DNA of 56,059 nucleotides, from IMG/VR virus record IMGVR_UViG_3300033146_004156, positions 1 through 56,059 of that record; one strand, 5' to 3'. The stretch comes from a virus. Taxonomy: Duplodnaviria > Caudoviricetes. The position numbers and the translations under genes are program-made. Every line of letters starts with the position of its first letter. Position 1 is the stretch's first letter. The notes beneath the pieces were generated by a model. That model was given only the letters and a program-made list of their open reading frames with translations. It ran no database searches and was not told the DNA's origin. This document shows positions 20,554 to 29,805 of the stretch, piece by piece.

Positions 20554-20586
20554 ATTATAGCGTATGTATATTAAAAGAATATTAAA
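20554..20586 (-). promoter_or_regulatory. Early sigma70-type promoter at the head of the hub/baseplate operon
   Basis: TTTAA-tattct-TTTAA-N11-TATAAT. Confidence 0.6.
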
Positions 20587-20590
20587 GGGA

Positions 20591-21160
20591 CTAATTACTT
20601 TTGAAATTATCAATAAAAGTTGATTCACCAAATCCCGTGAAGTCTTCATTTGAATATTTATTTGATATAAATGAGACATCGAATTCTGCAATTTGTGAAC
20701 TTGAATTATCAAAGTTTAAAGCACTTACAGATGTAATTAAAGCATTAGATGTTCTAAATATATTTACTATATTACTATTAAATTCACCATTACCAGTATC
20801 TTGATTAATACTAATACTTGTTGCTATATCTTTAGGATATTTATATTGTTGTGCCATCCAAATCCCTTCAAAAAATCTTCTTAAAAATCCACCATTAAAA
20901 TCTCTAAATTTTATAGTAAATCTAAAAGATTCAAACATTCTTACACCAAGTCTTCTCTCGCCACCCATAATATTATCAGCCTCTGCTGATGATAAAGTTG
21001 GTGCATCTATTGTCATCAATGATTTTTCAATTGAGTCTTTAAACGCATCTAAAGAGCCAAAATATTTCGTTGCTGCCGGATTAGACATATACACATCAAA
21101 GTTATCTGTTAAAGTCCAATTTGTATTTAGTGCATTTTGCATCACATCTTTGATAGCCAT
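20591..21160 (-). CDS. Tail tube family protein (gp19/gp54-like)
   Basis: IDAPTLS...FTIKFRD..LRRFFEGIW...VSALNFDNSSSQIAEFDVSF. Confidence 0.6.
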   Translation of the reverse strand: MAIKDVMQNALNTNWTLTDNFDVYMSNPAATKYFGSLDAFKDSIEKSLMTIDAPTLSSAEADNIMGGERRLGVRMFESFRFTIKFRDFNGGFLRRFFEGIWMAQQYKYPKDIATSISINQDTGNGEFNSNIVNIFRTSNALITSVSALNFDNSSSQIAEFDVSFISNKYSNEDFTGFGESTFIDNFKSN

Positions 21161-21175
21161 AGTAATCCTTTTAAG

Positions 21176-21187
21176 TATTTATAAATA
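21176..21187. promoter_or_regulatory. Palindromic bidirectional late promoter TATTTATAAATA
   Basis: Two overlapping TATAAATA elements between divergent genes starting at 21160(-) and 21205(+). Confidence 0.75.
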
Positions 21188-21204
21188 GTTAAAAGGAGTT
21201 TTCT

Positions 21205-21918
21205 ATGGCATCAGCTAATATTATTTTACATTCAAATGGTGGGAATATTGCTAGACCTACTAAATTTGATGTAATTATTACTTTTCCAACAGACCTTGAT
21301 ACATCTGTTAATGGACAAGTATGGAATACTCTAGTTAAAACTATAACAATACCCACCACTAAAATGGAAACAATTGAATACAAATATAAAGGTCATATTA
21401 TACCTATTCCAGGCAGAGTACAACCAGATTATATTTTACCAATTTCATTTTTGATAGATGAAAATTATCAATTAAATACAGCCCTATTACAATGGATTGA
21501 AGGTATGGATAAGTTCTTTAATAGCACAACAGGGACAATAGAAGATAAAAGAGATGATTTATATAAACCGACTGGTAATATTAAAGTCATAGGGAAGACT
21601 TGGGAGAATATATCAATAATTGAATATAATTTTGAGAATGTTTATCCAATTTCCGTAAGCGGGACTGAATATTCAACTGAATCAGTTGGTTCATTGTTAG
21701 ATTTTAGCGTTGAATTTTCATTTACTCAATTTTATACAACTAATCTTCCAGAAAAAATAGGTCCAATAGAAGGATTTGTTAATGATGCTATAAATGAAGT
21801 TACTGGATTTGTTAATGATCAGAAAGATAAATTAATGAATAGTATTGGTGATTCAGAATTTAGTAAAACAACATCAAGTGCAATCGAAAGTACAAATGAT
21901 TTTTTTAAATCACTATAG
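21205..21918 (+). CDS. Tail tube family protein (gp19/gp54-like)
   Basis: GNIARPTKFDV, KTITIP, YNFENVYPISVS...FSVEFSF. Confidence 0.75.
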   Translation: MASANIILHSNGGNIARPTKFDVIITFPTDLDTSVNGQVWNTLVKTITIPTTKMETIEYKYKGHIIPIPGRVQPDYILPISFLIDENYQLNTALLQWIEGMDKFFNSTTGTIEDKRDDLYKPTGNIKVIGKTWENISIIEYNFENVYPISVSGTEYSTESVGSLLDFSVEFSFTQFYTTNLPEKIGPIEGFVNDAINEVTGFVNDQKDKLMNSIGDSEFSKTTSSAIESTNDFFKSL

Positions 21919-21927
21919 GATAAATAA

Positions 21928-22596
21928 ATGATAACAGAACTATTAAATAGTGTTGCCAGTGGAGCTAGAAAAAATAAATATAGAGTGCTTTTACCAGTTG
22001 ATGGTTCATTAGGTAAAGAGATGGATATATTAATTCATACTACAACATTACCAGGTAGAACTTTAACACCAGTTGAAACTGTAATAAAAGGTCATAAAGT
22101 ACAACTTGCCGGTGAAACAAGTTTAGAAAGTACATGGGAAGCAACATTTTATAATACTGAAAGTTTAGACGCTAGAAATCATTTTATAAAATGGATGACC
22201 CAAGTTCATAATAATGATGTTGATACATCAATGCCAGCATCCGGTGTTTTAGGTGATATAGAAGGATTTGTTAATGATGCGTCGGCTGCTGTCGAAACAA
22301 CTACAGCATTAATAAACGATCCATTAGGCACATTATTTGGTGGTGGTGGTGGTTCAGCATCTTATCAAAAAGATATAACTATTCAACAATTAAATTATGC
22401 CGGAGAGAAAGTGGCAGAAGTAAAACTTATTGGTGCTTTCCCAACCAGTGTTTCGGCACTAGACTATGATGATAGCACTGGCGAAATAAGTACAACTAGT
22501 GTAATATTTAATTATACAAATATAGAAGTAGCTGGAATATCTGAAGAGCCTGGTGGAATTAAAGGTTTGATTAATACAGCGAAATCTTTTATTTAA
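21928..22596 (+). CDS. Tail tube family protein (gp19-like)
   Basis: SGARKNKYRV, TTLPGR, W.ATFYN, GAFPTSVSALDYD. Confidence 0.8.
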   Translation: MITELLNSVASGARKNKYRVLLPVDGSLGKEMDILIHTTTLPGRTLTPVETVIKGHKVQLAGETSLESTWEATFYNTESLDARNHFIKWMTQVHNNDVDTSMPASGVLGDIEGFVNDASAAVETTTALINDPLGTLFGGGGGSASYQKDITIQQLNYAGEKVAEVKLIGAFPTSVSALDYDDSTGEISTTSVIFNYTNIEVAGISEEPGGIKGLINTAKSFI

Positions 22597-22628
22597 AGAT
22601 TTATAAATATAAAAAATAAGGAATTATA

Positions 22629-23201
22629 ATGGCAAATATTAGAGATTTATCAGCTACTGTTGGTGCTGGTGCAAGAGCAACAAAATACCGTGTAACTTTT
22701 GCATTCCCAAGTGGGATATCTGGAGTAACAAATCTTGATGAGGTTGATGTTTTAGCTAAAACTGCAACAGCTCCTGGTAAAGAAATAGGACAAATAGAAC
22801 TTTGGAGTCAAGGAAGAAAATTAGTTATTCCAGGTGATACTGCTTATGATGGTACTTGGGCTGTTGATTTTTATCTAACAGAAAATCATTCACTAAGATA
22901 TGATATGATTAAATGGATGGATTCTGCTGATAACTTCCAAAAAAATACTCACTCTGGAAACCCTGGTGCAATTTTTGCAGACTTAAGATTAGAGCAACTT
23001 GATAGTGCTGGTGTAGTATCTGCAACTTATACTATGCATAATTGTTTTGTATCTAATGTTGGGGAAGTTTCTTATGCAGATGATTCAGCCGATACTATCG
23101 CAGAATTTAATTGTATATTTACTTATTCTGACTGGGTTATTGGGAATGATGCTGAATCAATTTATACACCTATAAGTGCTACAGAGAATGAAATAGCATA
23201 A
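22629..23201 (+). CDS. gp19: Major tail tube protein
   Basis: GARATKYRV...ATAPG...GRKLVIPGD...W.VDFY...EQLD...EFNCIFTYSDW; own late promoter at 22602-22609; adjacent to the sheath gene. Confidence 0.85.
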   Translation: MANIRDLSATVGAGARATKYRVTFAFPSGISGVTNLDEVDVLAKTATAPGKEIGQIELWSQGRKLVIPGDTAYDGTWAVDFYLTENHSLRYDMIKWMDSADNFQKNTHSGNPGAIFADLRLEQLDSAGVVSATYTMHNCFVSNVGEVSYADDSADTIAEFNCIFTYSDWVIGNDAESIYTPISATENEIA

Positions 23202-23202
23202 T

Positions 23203-23339
23203 TATAAATATATTAAGTCAAACGTGTAATTAGTTTTATATTGGACTTTAGAATGCCGCTTTAAGTGAAGAGCTTTTAGCCTAGAAAAAGTATTCTAAAT
23301 ACACCTCTTTGATTAAAATAAAATTACAAGGAAACAAAA
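23203..23339 (+). promoter_or_regulatory. Late promoter (23203-23210) and ~125-nt structured 5' leader of gp18
   Basis: Nested complementary segments gtcaaa/tttgat, gtgta/tacac, agttt/ggact and tttagaatgc/gtattctaaa. Confidence 0.55.
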
Positions 23340-25496
23340 ATGGCAAATTACTTAAGTGCTGGAGTCTATGTAAAAGAAATAGATAACTCTGCAATAGTTC
23401 CAAGTGTCTCTACATCAATGGCGTATTTCGCTGGAAACTTCACAAAAGGCCCCATAGAAGAACCTTTCGTTATTACTAATAAGAGCGAATTAGAATTCTA
23501 TTATGGTAAACCAACAGACAAAAATTACAGAGAATGGTTCCAATGTTCAAAATATTTTGATTATTCAAATCAACTTATAATATCAAGAGCGTATACTGAA
23601 GGCAATTTAGAAAATTCATTTATTAATACGGGTGAAACTAATGAATGGGTTGCTGGTTCAACTATTATTAATAGACTAGATTCTATAGATGCTATATATG
23701 TTGGTACAATTATTACATTTAGAAATCAAAATAGTGGTACACCTGCTGATAGATATGTTGTTAAGGAAATTATATTAGATGATATGGATGGTACTTATAC
23801 CATCAGTTTTAATAGAATAGATGAAAACAATGAAGAAATAGCTAGTCCTAATGATGGTTTAATTGAACCTTTAACAACTAACAGTTCAATTTGGATTTAT
23901 AAAGAACACCAAAATGCTGGTGCTGACGCTCATCATAATTTAAGTGTTTTAGGTGCGGTGGCAAATCCCACAATTAACCAAAATTTCGCTTTATATAAAA
24001 ATGAGCAAGACTTTGATTATAAAAAAGAACATATTTCCATACCAGATGATGTTAAATTAAAATTTATAGCAAAAACAGCTGGTTCTGCTAACAATAATAT
24101 TAATATTGCAATTGTTAATAGCTACGATTTTTATGATTATTATGATAGTACTATTGACAGTTATGTTGATACAAAATGTGAAGCATTTAAAGGTCAAAGT
24201 ATATTAAATTATTTTGAGTATCCTCCTGTATATAATGAAGAAGAAGGTATTGCTGAAATAGGTATTGTTATACAACAAGGCGATAATACAGAGTCTTTTA
24301 TAGTATCTTTTGATGAAGCAGCTGTTGATGGTAATAACAGATCAAAGTATATTGAGAATGTTATTAATGAGGGTTCAAATATTGTTAACGTTATTGATAA
24401 TAAATCACTTAATAAATTCGATGTGACTGTTTTTATTGCAGATGAAGCAGAAGATTCTGAAGGTAGATTATTTAAAGAATATAGTACTTATATTTATTCA
24501 TCAATATATAAAGATTCACAAGGTAGCACAAGTGAAAAGCCATTACCTGCAGGTACTGAAACTAATGATGTTTTTGGCCCACTTAATTTTTTTGGTGGTG
24601 AGTCTCCATTAGTAACAGAAAGTGATTTATATGATGCTTATTTTGAAGTTATTGATAAAGAACTTTACGAAATTGATATAGTTATTGGTAATTCTGAAGA
24701 TGATGGAGCAGGTGCTATTTCTTTAGCAAAAGATAGAGCTGATTGTATTGCCTTTGTGGGTGCTAGATATGAAGATGTTGTTGGTAAAAAATCAGCAGTT
24801 GCAGTTCAAAATTTAGTTGATTATATTCTAAGAAATCAAGATTCTCCACTAGAACGTACTATGTTCGCTGCATTCTTTGGTAACTACCATAGAATTTATG
24901 ATAATTTTGCTAAGAAATATAGATGGATTCCGGTTGCTGGTGATATGGCTGGATTAAGATCAAATACAAATACTAATCAAGCTTCTTGGTGGGCATCTGC
25001 TGGACTAAGACGTGGTGTTATTCGTAATATTGATAAAATTTCTTTTTCTCCTAATCAGGCTCAAAGAGACCAACTATATAAAAATAATATTAATCCTATT
25101 GTTAGTTTTCCTGGTGAAGGTAACTTATGTTGGGGGCAAAAAACATTATTAAACTATTCAAGTTCATTTGATAGAGTTAATGTTCGTGGACTTTTCAATA
25201 CAATTGAAAGAGCAATGGCTAAAGCTGCAAAATCGACTGTATTTGAATTTAATGATCCATTTACAAGAAATGCTGTGCTAGCAATGTTTAATCCTTATTT
25301 ATCAAGTGTAAAAGCTGGTAGAGGTATTGCTGATTTCAAAGTTATTTGTGATACTACTAACAATACTCCTGATGTTATCAGTAGAAACGAATTAATGGTA
25401 GACATATATATTAAACCTGCATATGCGGCCGAATTTATCCAACTGAGCTTCAACAATGTTGGTACCCGTTCATTTTCTTCGGTTATAGGGGCATGA
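23340..25496 (+). CDS. gp18: Tail sheath protein
   Basis: YLSAGVYVKEID N-terminus; WWASAGLRRG, LYKNNINPIV, WGQKT, FDRVNVRGLF, FEFND. Confidence 0.97.
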   Translation: MANYLSAGVYVKEIDNSAIVPSVSTSMAYFAGNFTKGPIEEPFVITNKSELEFYYGKPTDKNYREWFQCSKYFDYSNQLIISRAYTEGNLENSFINTGETNEWVAGSTIINRLDSIDAIYVGTIITFRNQNSGTPADRYVVKEIILDDMDGTYTISFNRIDENNEEIASPNDGLIEPLTTNSSIWIYKEHQNAGADAHHNLSVLGAVANPTINQNFALYKNEQDFDYKKEHISIPDDVKLKFIAKTAGSANNNINIAIVNSYDFYDYYDSTIDSYVDTKCEAFKGQSILNYFEYPPVYNEEEGIAEIGIVIQQGDNTESFIVSFDEAAVDGNNRSKYIENVINEGSNIVNVIDNKSLNKFDVTVFIADEAEDSEGRLFKEYSTYIYSSIYKDSQGSTSEKPLPAGTETNDVFGPLNFFGGESPLVTESDLYDAYFEVIDKELYEIDIVIGNSEDDGAGAISLAKDRADCIAFVGARYEDVVGKKSAVAVQNLVDYILRNQDSPLERTMFAAFFGNYHRIYDNFAKKYRWIPVAGDMAGLRSNTNTNQASWWASAGLRRGVIRNIDKISFSPNQAQRDQLYKNNINPIVSFPGEGNLCWGQKTLLNYSSSFDRVNVRGLFNTIERAMAKAAKSTVFEFNDPFTRNAVLAMFNPYLSSVKAGRGIADFKVICDTTNNTPDVISRNELMVDIYIKPAYAAEFIQLSFNNVGTRSFSSVIGA

Positions 25497-25519
25497 AATT
25501 AGGAGGAAACTCCTAATTT
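25496..25519. terminator. Hairpin between convergent gp18 and Hef-like genes, probably a bidirectional terminator
   Basis: AAATTAGGAG-GAAA-CTCCTAATTT: perfect 10-bp stem with a GNRA loop. Confidence 0.75.
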
Positions 25520-27000
25520 AATACAAATACATAATTTCCACAATCGTGTATTTGTCTATATCCATTTAAAAACATATTTTCTGTTTCTGTTTTCTTTATA
25601 TCAAAGATTTCTAGTTTACTTAATTTATGCTTTTGAAATTTATTTCTTGACCAAAGAATTCTTTCTTTATTAAAATAAAAATAATTTGGTACACTTATAT
25701 TTTTTAGATTAAATCCAAGCATTTTATATAAATGGCCATCACTCCATCTCCGATTGGCATATGAAACAATTCCACCAGTATGTAATAATCTAAAGTTTTT
25801 TAATAATTTAGATGCTCCACCTATAATAGAATGGTTTATTTTATTACAAAACCTAATCATTTCATATTTAATATTTGCATCTTTAATAAATCTGGCTTTA
25901 CTGAAAGTCATCACAGAAACTAATTCGGTATTATAAAATAATCCATAATTTAAACTTGAAGTGCCTTTACCCTGCAAATGATTATTTTCACAGAATATAC
26001 TTGCTTCACTAGATGTTATTTTTTTAAATACTGTTTTCCGCGCATAAATTTTATTTTTATTCTTTTTTAGTTTATTTCTTATTACACTTTTCCACTTATC
26101 TTTATTTTCGTACCATTCATTTTCGAAAATTTGCAATAAATGTATATTATTATTAATACAGAGATTAGTTTTATCATTATGTTTGAATTTATTAAATTTA
26201 TCTATATTACTTGGAAATGTTAAACCTCTTGAATGCCATAGTAAACCGTTATATTCTATTGCAATGTTATAATCTGGTAAAAAAATATCTAGTTCTTTTC
26301 CATTAAGAATTTTTCTATTATTATGTAAAATATTATTTACACCTAACGATTTAATATATTCTATAATTTCTAGTTCTACATTAGAATTTTGTTTAGAGCA
26401 TTTAAGGCAAGTACCTCCACGCATAACATTGGAAATTTGCATATTACTTATATTACCACATTTACATTTAAAATCAAGATATATTTTTCCAGGTATATAT
26501 TTAGATATTAATTTCATATTATTGTTTTTATTTTTCAATACATCTATAAATTCCTTTTCTGTATATGCTCTTATATTGCTTCTTTTATTAAATGTACATG
26601 TTTCACATTCTTTTCCATTATAAACTTTTTTAAGTACTTCTTTAAATTCATTACCGCATTTACATTTAAATAAATATTCTTTATTAATACAAGTGGATTT
26701 TTCTAAAAGCTTAAATCCAGCAGCCTCAATACTTTTTATATATTCTTTTAATTTATTATCACTGTTACTTGTGGAACGCTTTAATATTGCACAGTCGCTC
26801 CGCCCACACGTTTCATTATATCCACCCTTAAAAGATAAGAATTTTTTATTTTTACCACAGTCGCATTTTGGAATTTCTGCTATTTCAAAGTATATATGAT
26901 ATAATTCTTGCGTTGTTATATCTAAATGCCTAGTTTTATTGACCTCTAGTTGATATTCATTTCTTAATAAATTTTCTTGTATATATTCTTTAGTTATCAT
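25513..27000 (-). mobile_element. Free-standing Hef-like homing endonuclease gene
   Basis: N-terminal CxCG Zn-ribbon repeats; Vsr/DUF559-like nuclease motif ELDIFLPDYNIAIEYNGLLWHS; conserved IYARK...YANRRWSDG C-terminal region; early promoter at 27024-27056. Confidence 0.85.
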
Positions 27001-27090
27001 TATTTTATCCTATTCTATTCTATATTATAACATAATATTCTTAAACTTAGTTTAATAATTATTAGATATAATAAATAAAGTAAGTCGTAA

Positions 27091-27207
27091 GACCTTTCTG
27101 AAACTGAAATAAAAGAATTAAAAAGACTTAAAGCCCACTTAAAACAAGTTGATGAGCATATAACACAAATAGAAATCCAGATGTTTACTAAACATCATAC
27201 GGATTAA
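27091..27207 (+). pseudogene. Start-less 38-codon gene remnant
   Basis: Open frame DLSETEIKELKRLKAHLKQVDEHITQIEIQMFTKHHTD* with phage-like codon use, preceded by an in-frame TAA and no RBS or start at its 5' end. Confidence 0.4.
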
Positions 27208-27557
27208 ATAAAACATTCTGGGTAAGTATTTTTAAATTCTTTTAACGGAATTCTAGTACCTCCGATTTTATTCCAAATACCTTCTCTCTGAATAATCCTA
27301 GTTTTTATTAATATATGCGTTAGTCCAGTATCTAATAATTTAATTGGGTCTTTTAATACTTCAGCAACTTGTTGAGGTGAATTATAGTAATCAGTAAATA
27401 TTCTCTGACCACCTTTCACATACATTATATTTATTGCGATCTCTTGAGGTAAGTTCCAAGGCTTAGTATATATTATACTCCAGTATATTTTATCTTTTGT
27501 TTTATACTCTCTTATATAACAATTATCCCAATTAATATTTTCAATATAATTATCCAC
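27204..27557 (-). CDS. Hypothetical early protein ending YPECFI
   Basis: 117-aa ORF (GTG start) in an early operon. Confidence 0.65.
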   Translation of the reverse strand: MDNYIENINWDNCYIREYKTKDKIYWSIIYTKPWNLPQEIAINIMYVKGGQRIFTDYYNSPQQVAEVLKDPIKLLDTGLTHILIKTRIIQREGIWNKIGGTRIPLKEFKNTYPECFI

Positions 27558-27563
27558 TTGTAG

Positions 27564-27971
27564 TTAGATACCGTATTGAGAGTGAGAACTTTTAAGTAAT
27601 TGTTTCATATAAGCAGCTGAACATTTATAATTTGCATCATTTAATGTATATACAACAGGATATTTTGAACTTCTTGTTTTATAACCAAGAATTCTTAATG
27701 TACCACGGTCAGTTGCAATTTCTTCAAATAATGCTTTAACTGGAATTCCATGTCTTGACGAATAATTTTTAAAATCTTCAGACTCTCTAGTTTGAGGAAA
27801 AACACCATCTTCAGTTTCAACATCTTTAGTAATAGTAATTTTTGTAGTAATATCTACACCAAAACTAGCACCAGCACGTTTAATATTAATACCGTTTTTT
27901 TTAGCGTATGCTGCAATAACTTTGTCTAAACCGGCTAAATAATCTTTTGTTTCTTTTCTTGAAAATGACAT
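27564..27971 (-). CDS. Hypothetical early protein
   Basis: GAAGGA RBS; early promoter at 28016-28049; 5' leader hairpin AAGAGC-GAAG-GCTCTT (27990-28005). Confidence 0.75.
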   Translation of the reverse strand: MSFSRKETKDYLAGLDKVIAAYAKKNGINIKRAGASFGVDITTKITITKDVETEDGVFPQTRESEDFKNYSSRHGIPVKALFEEIATDRGTLRILGYKTRSSKYPVVYTLNDANYKCSAAYMKQLLKSSHSQYGI

Positions 27972-28066
27972 ATTAATCCTTCTTTTTTAAAGAGCCTTCG
28001 CTCTTGATATACTATATTATAACATAACTTAGATTAGTTCTAGCTTAAATTATTAAACTTAACCAA

Positions 28067-28426
28067 TTATATATGTGTCATTAATGACATTTTTCTTTTA
28101 ATAATATCTTGATATATACGAGCTATTACTTTATAACGTTCATAATCAAAAATTAATTCTGCATATTTTATAAGAAACTTAGAATAATATTCTTCTGATA
28201 CTTCGGTAGTAAATTCTTGTAGAGTCATTTCAAAATTATAATGGTATATTGAACTTATATCAAAGCCCTCATTATCGATTTCACTTTTAAAATCTTCGTA
28301 AGCAAAATATGTAAGTGCTTCACCTTTTTCTTCCAATAGATATAAAACATTTTGCATTTTTTTTGCAAGTTCAACCAACGTATAAGCTTGGCCTTCAATA
28401 TTTTCTGTAGTTTCTAAAATATTCAT
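28067..28426 (-). CDS. Hypothetical acidic early protein
   Basis: Likely start MNILETT at 28426 (GAAGGA RBS); early promoter at 28482-28515. Confidence 0.7.
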   Translation of the reverse strand: MNILETTENIEGQAYTLVELAKKMQNVLYLLEEKGEALTYFAYEDFKSEIDNEGFDISSIYHYNFEMTLQEFTTEVSEEYYSKFLIKYAELIFDYERYKVIARIYQDIIKRKMSLMTHI

Positions 28427-28580
28427 AATAATCCTTCTTTTCAAGATGAGATTCAAAACACTCTTATCCTTTATATACTATATTATACCATGTTTAACAT
28501 TAAACCTAGCTTAAATTCGCCTCAAGAACCGTTTAATTCTGTAATTCTTTCGTATTTTATAAATAACTAAAAGGATTATT

Positions 28581-28916
28581 ATGGATTTTAATAGCTTCAA
28601 GAAAAAGAAAACAATTACAGAATCGAAAAATGAATTAGAGCTAGAATTAAAAATACTAGAATCTTCATTAGAATCAGCAGCAGATTTAACAACTGGCGAC
28701 AGAACAATAATTGAAAAGAAAATTATATCTGTTCAAGGTAAAATAGAATTACTTGAAAATACAGTTGCTGGTGATATTGCAGTTGCAACTACAGATTTTA
28801 GTTTATGTTCTGGAAAAGAAGATTGTGAATGTGGTAAATGCGCACTACTAAAAAGACCAGAACTTAAAGAAGCGGTTATAAAAGCTTCACCATTTACTGG
28901 ATTCTTCGGGAGTTAA
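28581..28916 (+). CDS. Late hypothetical protein, possibly an internal head protein
   Basis: Late promoter at 28558-28565; MDFNSFKK..ITE N-terminus; ENTVAGDIA motif. Confidence 0.65.
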   Translation: MDFNSFKKKKTITESKNELELELKILESSLESAADLTTGDRTIIEKKIISVQGKIELLENTVAGDIAVATTDFSLCSGKEDCECGKCALLKRPELKEAVIKASPFTGFFGS

Positions 28917-28918
28917 TA

Positions 28919-29764
28919 ATGGCTTTAGATTATGATACTCAAATAAATAATACTTTAATATTTAATAGTACTCGTACATATACACTTGCAATTTTAGATG
29001 GCTTAAATAATATTAAACATTTTGTAAGAAATGAAGATGGTTCAGCTTCCGAAAAAGTAGTACCTATTACATTTGGTAACTATGAGAAATCTATAGCTTT
29101 AGCTGATATAGACCAAGCTACTTTAGAACAAGGTAACTGGAATTTTGTTCCAAGAATGGTCTTAAGTTTTGAAGGTATGACTAAAGCAGGTGAAAGAACT
29201 ACGAATAAATTCCAGAAACTTTCCAAGAAGATTGAGTACGAGGGTAAGACTTTATTAAATTATGGTTTCAATTCAGTACCTTATGACTTTCAATTTGTAT
29301 TAACACTACAAGCAAGAGGATTAAATGAAGCATTTCAAATAGTAGAACAAATTTTACCTATGTTTCGTCCTTCTTATAATATACAGATTCAAGAATATCC
29401 AATGTTTGATGAAATGACGGAGACTCAGTTACAGATAACAGACCCTAGCTTTGAAATTATAGATGAATTTGCTGCAGAAGATATAAACTTAATTAATGTT
29501 ACATTTTCACTAAACTTAAGAGCGAATCTTTATATGCCTTTACAGTTAATTGCACCTATCGAGACTGTTAAACTGTTTAATCATTTATGGGAAACTCAAG
29601 ATTATAAAGAAAGCCAAAAAGCTTCATATTACAAATGGAATGTTTGTGCAGAAGGTAATCATAAAATTTATAATACTGAGATTGAAGAACATTATGCTCC
29701 GCCTAAGCTAAATGATAAACCAAAAATACAAGAAAAAGAAAAAGTGGTTTGCGAAAAACCATAA
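28919..29764 (+). CDS. gp15: Tail sheath stabiliser / tail terminator
   Basis: VPITFG, VPRM, VPYDFQF.L...QIVEQILPMFRP. Confidence 0.9.
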   Translation: MALDYDTQINNTLIFNSTRTYTLAILDGLNNIKHFVRNEDGSASEKVVPITFGNYEKSIALADIDQATLEQGNWNFVPRMVLSFEGMTKAGERTTNKFQKLSKKIEYEGKTLLNYGFNSVPYDFQFVLTLQARGLNEAFQIVEQILPMFRPSYNIQIQEYPMFDEMTETQLQITDPSFEIIDEFAAEDINLINVTFSLNLRANLYMPLQLIAPIETVKLFNHLWETQDYKESQKASYYKWNVCAEGNHKIYNTEIEEHYAPPKLNDKPKIQEKEKVVCEKP

Positions 29765-29805
29765 ATATCGTAAGATATTAAGAAATATAAAAACAAGGAA
29801 TTATA

